DNA from: Carcharhinus amblyrhynchos
Lineage: Eukaryota
NCBI GenBank assembly: GCA_965287045.1
Contig: OZ336897.1
Location: 11,036,001-11,100,000, forward strand
Direction of reading: 5' to 3'
Length of the DNA stretch: 64,000 nucleotides
Made by a program: the position numbers and the translations under genes. The notes beneath the pieces are model-generated. The model was not told where the DNA came from. It was given only the letters and a program-made list of their open reading frames with translations, and did not search any database. Of this stretch, positions 62,331 through 64,000 are shown piece by piece. Positions within the stretch are counted from its first letter, which is position 1, and each line of letters begins with the position of its first letter.

Positions 62331-64000
62331 CCAAGTTCCGTACTACCAAGAGAATCCCAGGAAAATCTATATAGCTCTTACAATTATGATAGTAAAGGAA
62401 CAGTTGAGGTAACGCAAACTATACGAACCTGGCATTTCTTTTGTTCTAAGTTTGCTCTCCCTCCATTTGCAAATTGATAAAGATGCTGCCACAAAATTGG
62501 CCTAACATGTATCGTGGTGCAAAATCACAATTTTTCTTCATAGATCATCAAAAAAGTATATTATTAGGTCTTCATGTAGTTTATAAACACTACATTCTTA
62601 CAGATGAACTTTTAAGATTACGTTTGCTGTGCTCTGTTTATAGATATTCTGCAATCAGTATCCCTCTGAACTTTTCACTTACTTCACCAAGCTGCCAACA
62701 TGTTATATTACCCTCTTCTTGCCCTGTGCCCTGTTATATCAGCACCTCAGAACAACTGAACTCCCAGGGCATTAGTTCATCCCTTAAAAATAACAAGGAA
62801 CTCACTGTTCACACAGTGTACTCACACAGAGTGAACTCAGTGATCACTTTCTGATATGTACGTTGGAAGAAAGACCATATAGAGTTCATTCCAAGTGAGC
62901 TTCTATTCCTTCAGAGTACTATTTGAAACACAATTGTACAGAGGGGCTTTAGATCCTTGATCAGCAAAGTGGGATTATAATAGATTATTATATTATAATA
63001 TCATATAATCATGTTGAGAATAAAATCTAGGATAGACTTGGTGGATTAAGTAACTTTGTGCAGCAACATTCAATGATTTGGAGCTTAGAAGCAACCATGA
63101 AAGGCACCAAACATAATAGCATCAATTATAGGGAGACAGGGAAAGTTGAAAAGAGAAGAAAACAAATGAATTAAGAAGTGAGAGAGTAATTATTTATCAG
63201 AGAATATAATTTTTCTTGCATTCTGTCCAAACGTGTATGAATGGTGCTAGAAGAGCCTCAGCAGATATGGAAGAGAAGCAATGACTTCCCTTGTACGTTG
63301 TATTAAAAAAATTATAAACTATGTTTTAGAAACCAGTTTATGATACCATTATTGTTAACACTCAAAGCAAAGTACTATGCCCTACAAAAGATTTTTAAGT
63401 GTTCGGAATATATAAAATATATAAAGGAATATTTAAAATTAAACATTTCTTTTGATGGGGAGAAGGGCTTATGCAATAAATACCTTTCAATACTTAAAAT
63501 TAAAAAAAAATTAAAAGCATATTACTGCAAGAGCACAAGTCGTGCTGTTATTAATTTCTATTTTCAGTTTTGGAGCCATGAAAACAATTAGAAATTAGGC
63601 TGGTGACTCTCTCCAAAAGCAGCTAGCCTGTACCTCTAGAGGTTAGCCATTTATTTTTGGAGGTAAGAGGGAGAAGTAAACATCACAAAATTTACACAAG
63701 CCTATCTTACGCTTACTTTGTGTTCAATTAGCATTTATAGCTCAAAACAGATTGGGAAAATTGAGCCCTAAGTGATTTGTATAAGACTGTAGTCAGGTTT
63801 GAGATTGAATAAACTGACCCAAACTCCAAGGGTACCAGAACATCTTACTGAAATAGAGTATAGCAATTAATAGAGCTAATTATTGCATCAGCTTATATTA
63901 TAGAAATTCAATCAGTGCTTATTCATTCTAAAGTTGCACATGTTCCACAAATTAAAACCATTTGTGCTGGGTATACTCATTATTCAAACAAAATACACCC

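Noticed and set aside
52050-64000. Next upstream MAP2K5 exon (LALGRFPYPQ)
   Set aside because: I could not find it by eye. It probably lies beyond the window end.

Overview
Vertebrate genomic DNA, most likely a shark, judged from HE1/V-SINEs, HER1/CR1-type LINEs and Deu-domain SINEs. The window holds the 3' part of MAP2K5 (MEK5) on the minus strand: five short coding exons with canonical GT-AG junctions (51810-51784, 51466-51434, 42836-42775, 38001-37956, 3019-2876) plus the 3' UTR. The ORF track misses all five. Almost everything else is intron filled with retroposons (two young 5'-truncated CR1 copies, older CR1, HE1, Deu, LF-like and tRNA SINEs, Penelope-like elements, MITEs). It also holds fossil coding fragments (hAT transposase, retroviral/LTR pol, possible env), a 33-bp minisatellite, a 208-bp local inverted duplication, and several repeat-poor TAAT/E-box/GATA-rich blocks that may be conserved enhancers of the MAP2K5-SKOR1 locus. 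One assembly gap lies at 51885-52049. I found no clearly new biological system; the findings are candidates for follow-up. Family names come from recall of consensus sequences, not from database searches.
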